Part shown: positions 63,918 through 64,000 of the stretch, piece after piece | Position numbering within the stretch: position 1 is the first letter of the stretch | Layout: each line of letters starts with the position of its first letter | DNA from: Octopus sinensis | Taxonomy: Eukaryota | Reading direction: 5' to 3' | DNA length: 64,000 nt | Assembly: GCF_006345805.1 (NCBI RefSeq) | Contig: NC_042998.1 | Coordinates: forward strand, 125,736,001 to 125,800,000 | Notes under the pieces: model-generated | Told to the model about the DNA's origin: nothing | The model's database searches: none | Seen by the model: the letters and a program-made list of their open reading frames with translations, nothing else | Made by a program: the position numbers and the translations under genes

Positions 63918-64000
63918 TACATGTGTGTAATGTTTCTAATTATGACTATTTGTCTGTATGTGTTTGAGCATGTGTGGTGGTTGTATGATTCCATTTTATT

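Overview
Eukaryotic, AT-rich, repeat-dense DNA. It is most likely an octopus or other coleoid cephalopod, inferred from the repeat types and composition, not from a database search. One host gene spans the + strand: CFAP206 (C6orf165, cilia- and flagella-associated protein 206). Twelve internal coding exons (1660-56520) splice in frame through canonical GT-AG sites, about 485 codons in total. The N-terminal exons lie upstream of the window, and the expected C-terminal ~45 aa was not found. The introns contain RLE-type non-LTR retrotransposons (R4/Dong-like, at least five lineages, one nearly intact), RTE, CR1 and Penelope relics, three mariner elements, a DD37D maT element, piggyBac-like MITEs, several SINE families and long microsatellites. 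The most striking unexplained structure is a set of (AAT)n-targeted retroelement stacks whose polarity flips between 42.7 and 46.0 kb, so the same families sit as inverted copies around a block of CFAP206 exons (predicted dsRNA, ADAR or circRNA substrate). The near-intact LINE carries only two stops, both at Trp codons. One is a UAG that would face an A-C mismatch with its inverted partner copy in the same pre-mRNA. No prokaryotic features (CRISPR, operons) are supported.
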